Assembly (NCBI GenBank): GCA_964529745.1
Contig: CAZGZR010000005.1
Span: 79 to 64,078, forward strand
Origin: an uncultured Candidatus Bathyarchaeia archaeon
Lineage (GTDB): Archaea > Thermoproteota > Bathyarchaeia > TCS64
DNA: 64,000 nt
Direction: 5' to 3'
Shown here: positions 18,347-28,239 of the stretch, in pieces
How positions within the stretch are numbered: position 1 is the first letter of the stretch
Layout: each line of letters begins with the position of its first letter
Notes under the pieces: generated by a model
Told to the model about the DNA's origin: nothing
The model's database searches: none
What the model saw: only the letters and a program-made list of their open reading frames with translations
Made by a program: the position numbers and the translations under genes

Positions 18347-19771
18347 TCAGAGTAGGCTCTTCAGCTGCATCAACAGCGCCTGCTTTGATAGGTAGGCGTA
18401 GGTGCGTCGGGTGAAGGAGTTTCTGCTGCCTATCCCCCGGAACCTGCGGTCCCAGCTGCCGAAGAAGTCCTCGTAGCACCGGTAGAGCTCCTCTTGAACC
18501 TCCTCACGCGTCAGGTGCATGGTGGGCATGACGGCGTGGACCATGTCGTAGTGGGCCCAGTTGTCGTCCATTATCCAGCCGCCCTGCCTCGCCTCATCGT
18601 ATACCTCAGTGCCGGGGAACGGCGTCAACACGAAGAACGAGGCTATGTCGGGGTCGAGCCTGTCCGCGTACCGTCGCAATGCCTCGATGGACTCGTGGCT
18701 GTCCCTCCTCTCGCCGATGATGAATGTCCCCTGGATGAACATGTCGTTGTCCCGTAACAGCTTCACGGCCTCCGTTGCGCGTGTCTCGTCTATGCCTCTG
18801 CGCCTGAAGGAGCTGAGGGTCTCCCGGCTCGGGCTGTCGAAGCCCACGAGCGCCCAGACGGCCCCCGCGTCCCGCATGGACGCCACCGTCTCGGGGTTCT
18901 CCACCACATCGTCTGCCCTTACCTGGCAGAACCACTCGATCTCGTCCCCCAGGCCCCGATCCACGAGGCCCCTGCATATCTCCCGGGTCTCCTCGCCCAA
19001 GCCGAGGTTGTCGTCGCTGAACCAGAAGAAGCGGCTGCCGTACTCGCTGTAGAGGTGCTCGAACTCGTCCACCACCCTCCCGGGGGACTTGCGGCGGTGA
19101 CAACTGCGCCAGAACCTCCACTGGCTGCAGTAGCTGCAGTCGTGGCGGCAGCCCCTGGAGCCCTCGACTATGGCGAAGGGCTTCCCCTGGTCGGCCATGA
19201 GGGAGAAGTAGTAGCCCGCCATGTGCTCCTCAACCTTGTGGTAGGCGGGGTAGGGGAGGGTGTCGAGGTCGGAGATGAGGGGCCTATCCGGCTGGTGATG
19301 GATCTCCTCACCTTTTCTAAGGGAGACCCCCGGGACGGCGGCTGTCCGCCCGTCGTTGACGGCGCGTAGCAGCTCCGTGAAAGTCTCCTCCCCCTCCCCC
19401 CGCACGACGTAGTCTATGAACGGGTACGTCCTGAGGGTCTCGTCGGCTAGGGCCGTGAAGTGCTGGCCACCGAGCACCGTGACGGTCTCCGGGTTCAGCT
19501 TCTTAGCCGCCTCGGCGGCCCTTACGGCGTAGAACGCGTTGGCCGTGGCCATCCCCGAGGGGGCGACGACGTCAGGCTCAGCCTCTCCCATCCTCGCCTC
19601 AAGGCCGTCCCAGTCCAGCCCCTCGCTCTGGCTGTCCACGACCTCCACCTCCACCCAGGGGAGACGCTCCTCGACGTATGCGGCGAGGCAGAGTAGGCCG
19701 AAGGGCGGCGGTATGTACTGCCCCATGATGAACCAGAAGTCCTTGGGAGGCTCGACGAGAAGCACCTTCAC
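18347..19771 (-). CDS. B12-binding-domain radical SAM protein (class B)
   Basis: 474 aa. N-terminal cobalamin-binding-like domain and a radical SAM cluster motif CRHDCSYCSQ. Confidence 0.85.
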   Translation of the reverse strand: MKVLLVEPPKDFWFIMGQYIPPPFGLLCLAAYVEERLPWVEVEVVDSQSEGLDWDGLEARMGEAEPDVVAPSGMATANAFYAVRAAEAAKKLNPETVTVLGGQHFTALADETLRTYPFIDYVVRGEGEETFTELLRAVNDGRTAAVPGVSLRKGEEIHHQPDRPLISDLDTLPYPAYHKVEEHMAGYYFSLMADQGKPFAIVEGSRGCRHDCSYCSQWRFWRSCHRRKSPGRVVDEFEHLYSEYGSRFFWFSDDNLGLGEETREICRGLVDRGLGDEIEWFCQVRADDVVENPETVASMRDAGAVWALVGFDSPSRETLSSFRRRGIDETRATEAVKLLRDNDMFIQGTFIIGERRDSHESIEALRRYADRLDPDIASFFVLTPFPGTEVYDEARQGGWIMDDNWAHYDMVHAVMPTMHLTREEVQEELYRCYEDFFGSWDRRFRGIGSRNSFTRRTYAYLSKQALLMQLKSLL

Positions 19772-19928
19772 GGCGGATCACGATTGCGTGGATGGGTCAA
19801 AGCTAGTGGTTAAACATATTTACTGGACCTTAAAAACAGTGGACACCGTAGACGGCAAACACAGGATTCTAAACACTTGAACCCAGACACGGGAAATCTT
19901 CATTAAGAGATGAAACGGAGACGATACC

Positions 19929-20417
19929 ATGCCGGAAAACGAGAAAATGCCGGGCTGGGTCTACGAGGACAGGAGGCCCGCCACGGATCGGGAGTACTTC
20001 ATGAACATGACCAGGTGTATCTTCCAGGCCGGGCTCAACTGGCAGATGATCGCCGACAAGTGGCCCAACTTCAGGGAGGCGTTCGACGGGTTCGACATCG
20101 ACAAGGTGGCCGCCTACGGGCCCGACGACGTGGCCAGGCTGCGCGGAGACAAGGGCATCATAAGGAACAGGCAGAAGATAGAGGCAACCATACTCAACGC
20201 CGAGGAGTTCAAGCGCATCGCGGCGGAGCACGGCAACTTCCAGAAGTGGCTGGACGGAATGGACAAGGGCAGCAACTACGACTACGTGGTGAAGAGGCTC
20301 AAGAGCAGGTTCAGACGGGTGGGCACCGGCACCGCCCACATCTTCCTGTGGAGCGTTGGCGAGCCCATACGGTACGACCCGAGCGTCCACGGCAGACGGC
20401 CCACGAAGATCGCTTAA
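19929..20417 (+). CDS. tag: DNA-3-methyladenine glycosylase I family protein
   Basis: 162 aa. Tag-like core FQAGLNWQMIADKWPNFREAFDGFDIDKVA...IIRNRQKIEATILNA. Confidence 0.7.
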   Translation: MPENEKMPGWVYEDRRPATDREYFMNMTRCIFQAGLNWQMIADKWPNFREAFDGFDIDKVAAYGPDDVARLRGDKGIIRNRQKIEATILNAEEFKRIAAEHGNFQKWLDGMDKGSNYDYVVKRLKSRFRRVGTGTAHIFLWSVGEPIRYDPSVHGRRPTKIA

Positions 20418-20682
20418 CCCCCATATTTTTCCCAAAGCTAATGGACGTGACGCCGCTGGTTCAAACGGATCAGGGACCGGTATCACGCCTATAGTCTATG
20501 CCTAGATAGGGCGCATCCGCAAACCCCATTTAAGCGCCAGCGCATGGGTCACTGCCCGGGGACGGTTATATCTTTTAGAAGGGGAAGGAGAAAAACCGCC
20601 CCCGTGCGCCTCCCAATAAAAATCAGTAATGTGGAGAACCCAACCTTCTCTGATACAGCTTCTTCCGTGAGTGAAAAAGGGG

Positions 20683-21834
20683 TTATTGCGGCTTGGTGAA
20701 GATGCGCCGAGCTTCACCCATGAACTTCCTGATGGGAAGCTCCTGCGGGCACTGTTCCTCACAGACGCCGCAGGAGACGCACTGGTCGGCATGGGCCTCG
20801 GGGCCTATCTTCTCCCAGTACCTCTCCTCGACCTCGTCGCTCTGGCCGCTCATGTAGTACTCGTTGTACATGCCCAGTATCCCCGGGATATCGACGCCCT
20901 GGGGGCAAGGCATACAGTACCTGCACGCGGTGCACCCGACGAACCCCAGCTTGTTATAGGCTTCCTTAGCCTTCTCTACTATCTTCAGCTCGTCGGCCGT
21001 GAGTGAACCTGCGCCGCTTCGTCCCGCGTACTCCACGTTCTCCTCGACGTGCCTCATCTCGCTCATGCCGCTGAGGACGACGCTCACCTCGGGGTGGTTC
21101 CAAACCCACTGGAGGGCCCACTCCGCGGGAGTCCTCTTGGTCTCGGCCTTCGCCCACACCGCCTGGACGTCCCTGGGCGGCGTCACGGCGAGCTTCCCGC
21201 CCTTGATGGGCTCCATGACTACGACGGCGAGCCCCTTCTCGGCGGCGTACCGTAGCCCCTCGAGGCCCGCCTGGTACTCGGTGTCCATGTAGTTGAACTG
21301 TATCTGGCAGAAGGTCCAGTCGTGGCTGTCCACGATCTCCTTGAAGAGCCCCACGTCGTCGTGGAAGCTGAAGCCCAGGTGCCCTATCTTGCCTTCCTGT
21401 ATCTTCTCGTCGGCCCAGCCGAACACGTCGAGGTCCCTCACTGTGGGCCATCTCTCGCGCCTCAACCCGTGGAGCAGGTAGAAGTCTATCCTGTCGGTCT
21501 GGAGCTTTATGAGCTGCTCGTCGAGGTACCTGTCGAAGTCGCCGCGCTCTTCTATGAGCCAAGTAGGCATCTTCGTGGCGAGCCTGACCTTCTCGTGGTA
21601 CCCGTCCTTGAGGGCCTTACCGACTAGCCTCTCGGACTCGCCCTGATGGTAGGGGTAAGCCGTGTCCACGTAGTTGACGCCGTGGTCTATGGCGTACCTG
21701 ATCATCTCTACGGCCCTGGGCTCATCGATCTTGCTGGTATCGCCCCCTATCACTGGGAGCCTCATGGCTCCGAACCCCAGCGCCGAGACCTTCCAGTCTA
21801 GTCCTCCGAATCTACGGTACTTCACACCCAGCAC
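20683..21834 (-). CDS. Aldo/keto reductase with C-terminal 4Fe-4S ferredoxin-type domain
   Basis: 383 aa. AKR N-terminus (LGFGAMRLP...NYVDTAYPY) and a C-terminal CxxCxxC-type region (CTACRYCMPCP ... CVSCGVCEEQCP). Confidence 0.85.
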   Translation of the reverse strand: MLGVKYRRFGGLDWKVSALGFGAMRLPVIGGDTSKIDEPRAVEMIRYAIDHGVNYVDTAYPYHQGESERLVGKALKDGYHEKVRLATKMPTWLIEERGDFDRYLDEQLIKLQTDRIDFYLLHGLRRERWPTVRDLDVFGWADEKIQEGKIGHLGFSFHDDVGLFKEIVDSHDWTFCQIQFNYMDTEYQAGLEGLRYAAEKGLAVVVMEPIKGGKLAVTPPRDVQAVWAKAETKRTPAEWALQWVWNHPEVSVVLSGMSEMRHVEENVEYAGRSGAGSLTADELKIVEKAKEAYNKLGFVGCTACRYCMPCPQGVDIPGILGMYNEYYMSGQSDEVEERYWEKIGPEAHADQCVSCGVCEEQCPQELPIRKFMGEARRIFTKPQ

Positions 21835-21876
21835 CTAAAACAGATGAGATGTGAACGGAGGCATCACATATAGAAG

Positions 21877-22311
21877 TTACTCAAGGCCCATCACGGCCCT
21901 CGGGTGGACCCTCTGCACCAGACCCGTCCCGTCGTAGTCCCTGTCCTCGCTGACGATGAGCCCGATGCCGTTCTCGAGCATGGTTGCCACGTTTATGGCG
22001 TCTTTCGGTCTGAGGGGTTTTATCTCCATTATTTCCATGGCCTGCATCAGGGTCGAGTACTCCATGGTGTACCTCGACAACCCTGGCAGCAGCATTAGGT
22101 TGCGGACAACTCTCAAAGCGTCTACGCGCGGGATAAGCCTCGACAGGATGAAAAGTGTCTCCTCCAGCGTCTCGAGGCTGGTTGCCGCCTCTAGCTGCCG
22201 TTTAGCCACCATATCCAATAGTTCTCGGCAGTGCCTGTGGCTCTCCGCGTCCTTATCGACGGCGCTGATGAAGGTCGTGGAGTCTATGAAGTAGACGGGT
22301 TTCTCAGTCAC
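21877..22311 (-). CDS. vapC: PIN-domain ribonuclease toxin (VapC family)
   Basis: 144 aa. N-terminal YFIDSTTFI acidic motif and PIN-like length. 8-nt overlap with the upstream AbrB-type gene. Confidence 0.75.
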   Translation of the reverse strand: MTEKPVYFIDSTTFISAVDKDAESHRHCRELLDMVAKRQLEAATSLETLEETLFILSRLIPRVDALRVVRNLMLLPGLSRYTMEYSTLMQAMEIMEIKPLRPKDAINVATMLENGIGLIVSEDRDYDGTGLVQRVHPRAVMGLE

Positions 22312-22585
22312 TCTGGGCCCTGCCTCTGATGAATTCTTTCAGGCGCTCCTCGTCTGAGAGACGCTTCAGCTCTTGGGCTGACAGCCCGATGGAGATGCGC
22401 TCCGCGAGCCTATTCAGGTCCTCTAGGGGGTCCTCTGGGGTCTCCCTGATTCTGAGGGTGATCTCGTCTCCTTTGACTATCATAGTCACTTCGTCTCCTG
22501 CCTTTACGTCGTACTCCTCCCTGATCTCTTTGGGCAGTACGATGCGGCCCTGTTTTCCGATCCTCAAGCGGTACATCTGTGCCAC
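22304..22585 (-). CDS. vapB: AbrB/SpoVT-family antitoxin (VapB)
   Basis: 93 aa. N-terminal swapped-hairpin motif RIGKQGRIVLPKEIREEYDVKAGDEV. Confidence 0.8.
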   Translation of the reverse strand: MAQMYRLRIGKQGRIVLPKEIREEYDVKAGDEVTMIVKGDEITLRIRETPEDPLEDLNRLAERISIGLSAQELKRLSDEERLKEFIRGRAQSD

Positions 22586-22701
22586 GGATATTCACCAGTG
22601 TCATTTATGTGGTTTGTGGCACGTTATATAAAGAGTGCCATATTCTAGTCGAGCGCCGCGGGTTGATGGACTGACTTTTATCCTCGGCCGGCCTCTAATG
22701 T

Positions 22702-23781
22702 TTGATAATCATGGAGTCTGAGAGATTCGAGAGGGTCATGGCGGTGATGCGCAGGGAGGTGCCCGACAGGGTGCCCTGGAGCATCTGGGGCCACTTCCCA
22801 GCCGTGAACTGGCTCGACTACTACAGCTGGGAGCTTGCCACCCGCAGCGGCGAGGAGTCGGCCAAGGCACACATGGCGCTGCTCCGTGAGCTCGACTACA
22901 AGATGGACATGCTCAAGGTGACACCCTACTACAGGTTCATGGTCATGAAGTGGGGCAGCAGCTTCGACTTCAGGGACAACGAGGAGGAGGCGCACACACT
23001 CAGCACCACGGTCAAGGAACCCGGCGACTGGGAGAAGCTCTGGGTCCTCGACCCCATGAAGGAGCTCCGGGAGTACGTGCGGTGCAACGAGGTGCTGGCG
23101 CGGGACCTGCGCAGGATGCCCTTCATCTACACCGTCCCGAGCCCCATAATACAGGCCATGAACGGCGTCGGCACCCCCGAGCGGGTGATGGAGGACATGA
23201 GGAGCAGCCCCGACACTCTGAGGGAGGGCATGGAGACCATCACTGAGACCACCATCGAGTTCGCCAAGGCGTGTGTCAACGCCGGGGCCACCGGCATATT
23301 CTACGGGATCGGCGGAGGCGGCAGAGTTTGGCGGGAGCTCTCCAAGGATCAGCTTGAGGAGTACGCTTTTGGCTATGATAAACGGGTTCTTGAGGCCGTG
23401 GACTGCCCCATCAGGTTCATGCACATCTGCAGCACGCCCCAGGGCAACCCCCAGGACAAGAACCTCATGGAGGGCGGCTGGTTCAAGAAGTACCCCGTGG
23501 ACTGCATCAACTGGGACGCCCACGAGTACACGTGGCTGGACAAGGCCAAGAAGGTGTACGGGGACAGTTTCGCCGTCTGCGGCGGCTTGAATCGGGTGAC
23601 GACTCTAAGGACGGGGACGCCTAAGCAGGTTGAGTCCGAGGTCCGGAAGGCCATAGAGGACGCGGGTGAGGGAGGCGGCTTCATGCTGGGCCCCGGCTGC
23701 ACAGTCTACCAGGACATGCCCCGGGAGAACTACAACGCCGTGGGCAGGGCCGCCGTCAAGTACGGCTACTACAAGAAGTAG
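22702..23781 (+). CDS. Uroporphyrinogen-decarboxylase-family protein (MtaA/CmuA-like methyltransferase family)
   Basis: 359 aa. URO-D fold length and N-terminal ERFERVMAVMRREVPDRVPW pattern. Substrate not assignable. Confidence 0.75.
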   Translation: MIIMESERFERVMAVMRREVPDRVPWSIWGHFPAVNWLDYYSWELATRSGEESAKAHMALLRELDYKMDMLKVTPYYRFMVMKWGSSFDFRDNEEEAHTLSTTVKEPGDWEKLWVLDPMKELREYVRCNEVLARDLRRMPFIYTVPSPIIQAMNGVGTPERVMEDMRSSPDTLREGMETITETTIEFAKACVNAGATGIFYGIGGGGRVWRELSKDQLEEYAFGYDKRVLEAVDCPIRFMHICSTPQGNPQDKNLMEGGWFKKYPVDCINWDAHEYTWLDKAKKVYGDSFAVCGGLNRVTTLRTGTPKQVESEVRKAIEDAGEGGGFMLGPGCTVYQDMPRENYNAVGRAAVKYGYYKK

Positions 23782-24129
23782 ACCGAGCTCATCATTTATC
23801 TTATTTTTTACCGGTACTTAACATCTAGATGTTAGGCTTCGTCCGAACCCTTGAGCATGGTTTCTACCTGAATGGGGTCTAGTTATTTAAGTGGAGAAGC
23901 CCTGCCTCGTGGTTAGAAAAGCCGTTTTTTCTTGCATTAATGGCATCACCGCCTTGTTGGTTTCTCTGTTTGATGCAATGAAGGTTGTTGATTGTCCGCT
24001 GATTTCGTTATTCAGGACAATTCCAATTGGGTGCGAAACGACTTGAAATCTTGGATAATTCAATAAAAAAGATATGATTTTATAATGATGTGTCCTATGT
24101 CTGTGTGAAAAACCCTTATTGGTGAAAAG

Positions 24130-24501
24130 ATGGCGCAGGGAGACTCGAAACTCAAGGGCGTAGTCAGCCAGGTGGGGCTGGAGCGGGACGAGGATGAGTT
24201 CCGCAGCTTCAACCTCACGCTGGGGATTAAGGTGAAGACGGGCAAGAAGCTTAACCTGAGGGAGGGAGAGCGCCTCATAAAGCAGATGAGGAAGGATTTC
24301 CTGGGCAAGAACATCGAGTTCGAGGCCACCGCCATCCCGTGCCCTGTCTGCGGCAAGACGTTTAACACGGAGGCGGGCATGAAGCAGCACCACAGGTTGA
24401 TGCACAAGAACGGCGTAGACGAAACCAAGGCGAAGAAGAAGGCTTCCTCCAAGAAGCGAAAGAAGAAGACTAGTAAGAAGTCGTCTAAAAAGAAGTCCTA
24501 A
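24130..24501 (+). CDS. C2H2 zinc-finger protein with poly-Lys/Ser tail
   Basis: 123 aa. Single C2H2 finger CPVCGKTFNTEAGMKQHHRLMH and C-terminal KAKKKASSKKRKKKTSKKSSKKKS. Confidence 0.65.
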   Translation: MAQGDSKLKGVVSQVGLERDEDEFRSFNLTLGIKVKTGKKLNLREGERLIKQMRKDFLGKNIEFEATAIPCPVCGKTFNTEAGMKQHHRLMHKNGVDETKAKKKASSKKRKKKTSKKSSKKKS

Positions 24502-24830
24502 CCGCTCTCGTCGAGGCTGTTCTTGAACTCGATGAGCGCCTTTACCTTGGGGTTGCCTGTGTTAAGCTGGTAGACCACGGTGACTTTACCTACCTTGCAG
24601 CCCGTGACCAGACCCCTTTCGAGCAGCTCGGGCATGACGGGGCTGACGGAGCCGGGGTTCTTGTCTATTCTCCTGGCTATCTCCCTGAGGTTCATCCACT
24701 GGTTGGGGTTGTCTATGAGCATGTCTAGAACCAGCATCATTATGGATGGCCCCAGGAGGTCGTTTATGGAGGGCTTCACAGGTTTAACATGTGTCTCGGG
24801 AATATAAACGATGACCCCAATATCAAACAT
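24498..24830 (-). CDS. Winged-helix transcriptional regulator
   Basis: 110 aa. MNLREIARRIDKNPGSVSPVMPELLERGLV helix-turn-helix followed by a beta wing. Convergent with the C2H2 gene, with a 4-nt overlap. Confidence 0.6.
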   Translation of the reverse strand: MFDIGVIVYIPETHVKPVKPSINDLLGPSIMMLVLDMLIDNPNQWMNLREIARRIDKNPGSVSPVMPELLERGLVTGCKVGKVTVVYQLNTGNPKVKALIEFKNSLDESG

Positions 24831-24933
24831 ATAATAATATATTCAAATGAATGATTGAAAATCCAAACGTTTATATTTATATGGCTGCCCCTGATACAAA
24901 GACATATTCTGTTCAACCCTTGGAGGAAACAGT

Positions 24934-25959
24934 TTGAACAAGGTTAGGCTAGGTAAGACCGGGCTCATGGTCTCCCGCGTCGCCATGGGAGGCATACCCA
25001 TCCAGCGTCCCCCGCTGGACGAGGCCGTAAAGGTCATCAACAGGGCGCTGGACCTCGGCGTCAACCTCATCGACACCAGCATCGGCTACGGGGACAGCGA
25101 GCTCATCATAGGTAAGGCCGTGTCAGGGAGAAGAGACGAGGTGCTACTCGCCACCAAAGGGCGCTGGCGAGACAAAGAGACCCTGGCGGGGAACATAGAC
25201 TCCAGCCTGAAGAGGCTGGGAACCGATCACATCGACATATGGCAGATGCACAACATCAGAGACCCGACGGCATTCAAGCAAGTCGTGGCGCCTGGGGGCT
25301 CGATCGAGGCGGCACGCGAGGCGCTGGATGAGGGTAAGATACTGCACCTCGGGTTCAGCACCCACAACCTAGAGGTGGCGTACATGGGGGTGGAGTCCGG
25401 TTTCTTCGAGACGGTTCAGTTCCCGTTCAACTTCATCGCTAGGGAGGCCTCGGAAGAGCTAATCTCTCACGCAAGGAAGCGCAGCGTCGGCTTCATTGGG
25501 ATGAAGCCGTTCGCGGGCGGCAACATCACGGACGCCAGGTTGGCTATCGGCTATGTGCTTCACCACGAGACCGTGGTACCTGACCCTGGGGTGGAGCGGG
25601 TGGAGGAGATCGAGGAGATAGTCGGCCTCGTGGATGAGGGCATCGAACTCGGTGAAGGCGACTGGGCTAGGATGGACGCCATCCGCGACGAGTTGGGCGA
25701 CCGGTTCTGCCGCCAGTGCATGTACTGCATGCCCTGCCCCCAAGGCGTGGAGATATGGCTGCTGACCTACATGAGGAACCTGTTCAGGCTCTGGCCCAGA
25801 GAGAGGGTTATCCAGGCGTTCGGAGACCGCGCGGTCACCGCTGAGAAGTGCATACAGTGCGGGGAGTGCGAGGAGAAGTGCCCCTACGGGCTGCCCATCA
25901 GGGAGCTGATACAGGAGAACTACGAGTTCTACATTAACGAAGTAGCGAGGGATGGTTAG
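24934..25959 (+). CDS. Aldo/keto reductase with C-terminal Fe-S domain (paralog of 20683..21834)
   Basis: 341 aa. AKR N-terminus and C-terminal CRQCMYCMPCP ... CIQCGECEEKCP. Confidence 0.85.
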   Translation: MNKVRLGKTGLMVSRVAMGGIPIQRPPLDEAVKVINRALDLGVNLIDTSIGYGDSELIIGKAVSGRRDEVLLATKGRWRDKETLAGNIDSSLKRLGTDHIDIWQMHNIRDPTAFKQVVAPGGSIEAAREALDEGKILHLGFSTHNLEVAYMGVESGFFETVQFPFNFIAREASEELISHARKRSVGFIGMKPFAGGNITDARLAIGYVLHHETVVPDPGVERVEEIEEIVGLVDEGIELGEGDWARMDAIRDELGDRFCRQCMYCMPCPQGVEIWLLTYMRNLFRLWPRERVIQAFGDRAVTAEKCIQCGECEEKCPYGLPIRELIQENYEFYINEVARDG

Positions 25960-25961
25960 AA

Positions 25962-26900
25962 GTGAAGATCGGGTTACAGGTTCCAAGGTTCCACTGGCCG
26001 GGAAGCCCCGGCAGCATCGGCTCCAGGCTCGCCGAAATAGCGGCAGCGGCGGACGACGCTGGCTTCGACAGCCTCTGGGTGATGGACCACTTCTACCAGG
26101 TTGGGCAGGGCTACGGGGCCCCCGAGGAGCCCATGCTGGAGGCCTACACGGCGCTAGCCTACATGGCCGCCGTGACCCGGAGCGTCAGGCTAGGCACCAT
26201 GGTGACGGGGGCCTTCTACAGGAACCCAGGCGTCCTCGTCAAGACGGTGACGACGCTCGACGTGCTGTCAGGTGGAAGAGGCATGCTCGGGATAGGGGCC
26301 GGCTGGTATGAGCTGGAGAGCAGGGGGATGGGCGTCCCCTTCCCCTACTCGATGAAGGAGCGCATGGGACGCCTCGAGGAGACGCTGCAGATCGCCCACC
26401 ACATGTGGAGCGACGACAGATCATCGTATGAGGGGAAATACTACCGCTTGGAGGCGCCCATCTGCAGCCCCCAACCCATAAGCAGCCCCCACCCCTACAT
26501 AATGATAGGCGGCGGCGGCGAGAGGAAGACCCTCCGCTATGTGGCGAAGTATGGCGACGCCTGCAACCTCCACCTGGGCGCACACCCGAAGCTCAAGGGA
26601 TACACACAGAGAGCCTACAACAACTATGGCGACCGCTTTACGCGCCTCGACCACAAGCTGGATGTGCTTAGAAGGCACTGCGAGAGAGAGGGACGGGACT
26701 ACGACATAATAGACAAGTCGGTGCTCTGCCCCATGGATGTCTCGCCGGGGGCGTTAACGCCGGTGGAGGTGGTGGGTATGTGCAGGGAGCTCTCGGAGAT
26801 GGGCTTCAACTACGTGGTCTTCAACATGCCCAACGACCACGAGATCACGCCCATCGAGGTGATGAGGGACGAGGTGATCCCCAGCGTACAGGACCTTTGA
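25962..26900 (+). CDS. Luciferase-like (LLM-class) flavin/F420-dependent oxidoreductase
   Basis: 312 aa with GTG start. LLM-family pattern FDSLWVMDHF ... LGTMVTG ... LSGGRGMLGIGAGW. Confidence 0.85.
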   Translation: MKIGLQVPRFHWPGSPGSIGSRLAEIAAAADDAGFDSLWVMDHFYQVGQGYGAPEEPMLEAYTALAYMAAVTRSVRLGTMVTGAFYRNPGVLVKTVTTLDVLSGGRGMLGIGAGWYELESRGMGVPFPYSMKERMGRLEETLQIAHHMWSDDRSSYEGKYYRLEAPICSPQPISSPHPYIMIGGGGERKTLRYVAKYGDACNLHLGAHPKLKGYTQRAYNNYGDRFTRLDHKLDVLRRHCEREGRDYDIIDKSVLCPMDVSPGALTPVEVVGMCRELSEMGFNYVVFNMPNDHEITPIEVMRDEVIPSVQDL

Positions 26901-26997
26901 TGCAAAAGTTCGAGCCAGAGCGTGGGCGCTCGTCGCCGCGGCGTCGATCTACCTCACAGGCGCCACGTAGAGACTCCCTTGCCGGGCTTAGAAAGGT

Positions 26998-27072
26998 TGG
27001 AGCCTCGGGCGGGAATTGAACCCGCGACCAACAGCTTACAAGGCTGCCGCTCTGCCACTGAGCTACCAAGGC
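26998..27072 (-). tRNA. tRNA-Thr (anticodon UGU), CCA encoded
   Basis: Manual cloverleaf fold: acceptor GCCUUGG/CCGAGGC, anticodon stem GCAGC/GCUGU, loop CUUGUAA, T-loop GGUUCAAUUCC, 3' UCCA. Confidence 0.9.
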
Positions 27073-27146
27073 ACGCACCATGTAAACCCGGAGACGCCAA
27101 ATAAATTTTTGTCTAACGCTGTAATCAGAAAAGGTGAAGGGCTATA

Positions 27147-28199
27147 GTGTCAACAAAGAACTCGATGAAAGCGTTCACTGGGAGAATATACCTGGTACTG
27201 TTACTCGCGTCCATGCTATACCCACCCACTGCTGCCAGAGGTCAACCCCAAGAAACCGTGGTAAACGTCGTAGAGATCGGGGGCGTCGAGGCGGTTTTAG
27301 TCAACAGCACCCTATATGGCCCCGAGGCATCCGGGGAGGTAAGGAAATGGATCGACGGGGGGACCCCGGTTATCTTCTACGGGAGCCAGCCTGAGCGACT
27401 CATGGACGTCTACACGCCCCGGATATGCGTGGAAAACTCGTCAATCGGAGGGTCGAGGCTCGTCGCTCTCGGTGTCATCACCTCCCCCGGGAACAGGTCC
27501 GGTGACCTTGTGCTCAGGGTGAGGGGCAGGGCGTCCACGGAAGACGCTCTGGAGCATGCCATCGATTGGGTGAGCTACGGTGAAGAAACAGAGGGGGGCT
27601 CGTCTGATGGTTACGAGCGGGTGGGGCTGCTCAGGGATGTGGAGAGGCAGGGTCCCTACGGCGTCGTCGAGTCCAACGTGGAGCTGGTGCGGGTGATGGA
27701 CGACGGCTCAGAGACTTACGACTGGTACGACGTCACCGTTACGCAGACAGTCTCTCCGGGAAAATACATGGGGGTCTCGGGCTGGGGCTGGAGCTGGCTG
27801 GAGTACACGATGAACGGCTCCGCGGACGGCGCCGACGTCTACCTCTCGGACTACAATGCGCCGCCCTCGGGGGAGCAGCCCGTCGGGTTGTTCAGCTTCC
27901 TCTGGAGGATCATGACGTTCAGGTGGGATGAGGCGTTCCCGTGGCTCAGAGGGAAACCGGTCGTCCAGGGGCTGGACATGAGCGACTTCAGCCGGGAACT
28001 TTTCATGGCGAGGTACGAGAACAGGGGCGACGCCGGCGCACGGTTCACCGTAAGGCATCACTACGTGCTGCGCGTAGGTGAGGGCCAGGCGCCCACGTTC
28101 TGGCATCAGACCCAAGTCAAGTACGTCAAAGGCGCTGTGTTCAACGTCGAGAGATACATAACGCCGCCGATGCTTGACGGCCTCGTGACAGTGAACTGA
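27147..28199 (+). CDS. Secreted or cell-surface hypothetical protein
   Basis: 350 aa. N-terminal signal-like segment (RIYLVLLLASMLYPPTAA) and several N-x-S/T sequons. No recognisable family. Confidence 0.5.
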   Translation: MSTKNSMKAFTGRIYLVLLLASMLYPPTAARGQPQETVVNVVEIGGVEAVLVNSTLYGPEASGEVRKWIDGGTPVIFYGSQPERLMDVYTPRICVENSSIGGSRLVALGVITSPGNRSGDLVLRVRGRASTEDALEHAIDWVSYGEETEGGSSDGYERVGLLRDVERQGPYGVVESNVELVRVMDDGSETYDWYDVTVTQTVSPGKYMGVSGWGWSWLEYTMNGSADGADVYLSDYNAPPSGEQPVGLFSFLWRIMTFRWDEAFPWLRGKPVVQGLDMSDFSRELFMARYENRGDAGARFTVRHHYVLRVGEGQAPTFWHQTQVKYVKGAVFNVERYITPPMLDGLVTVN

Positions 28200-28239
28200 C
28201 CCACCCACGACTATAACATGGATTATGCGTCAGGCTGGG

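Noticed and set aside
20418-20682. 265-bp intergenic region between two convergent genes, examined for an ncRNA (SRP RNA, RNase P, C/D-box).
   Set aside because: No recognisable conserved motifs or convincing extended secondary structure were found by eye. A covariance-model scan would be needed.
23819-23834. Perfect 16-bp palindrome TAACATCTAGATGTTA just after a T-rich tract downstream of the URO-D-family gene.
   Set aside because: An isolated single palindrome next to an oligo-T terminator-like tract. It is most simply a 3'-end hairpin, and no partner motif or regulator can be linked to it.
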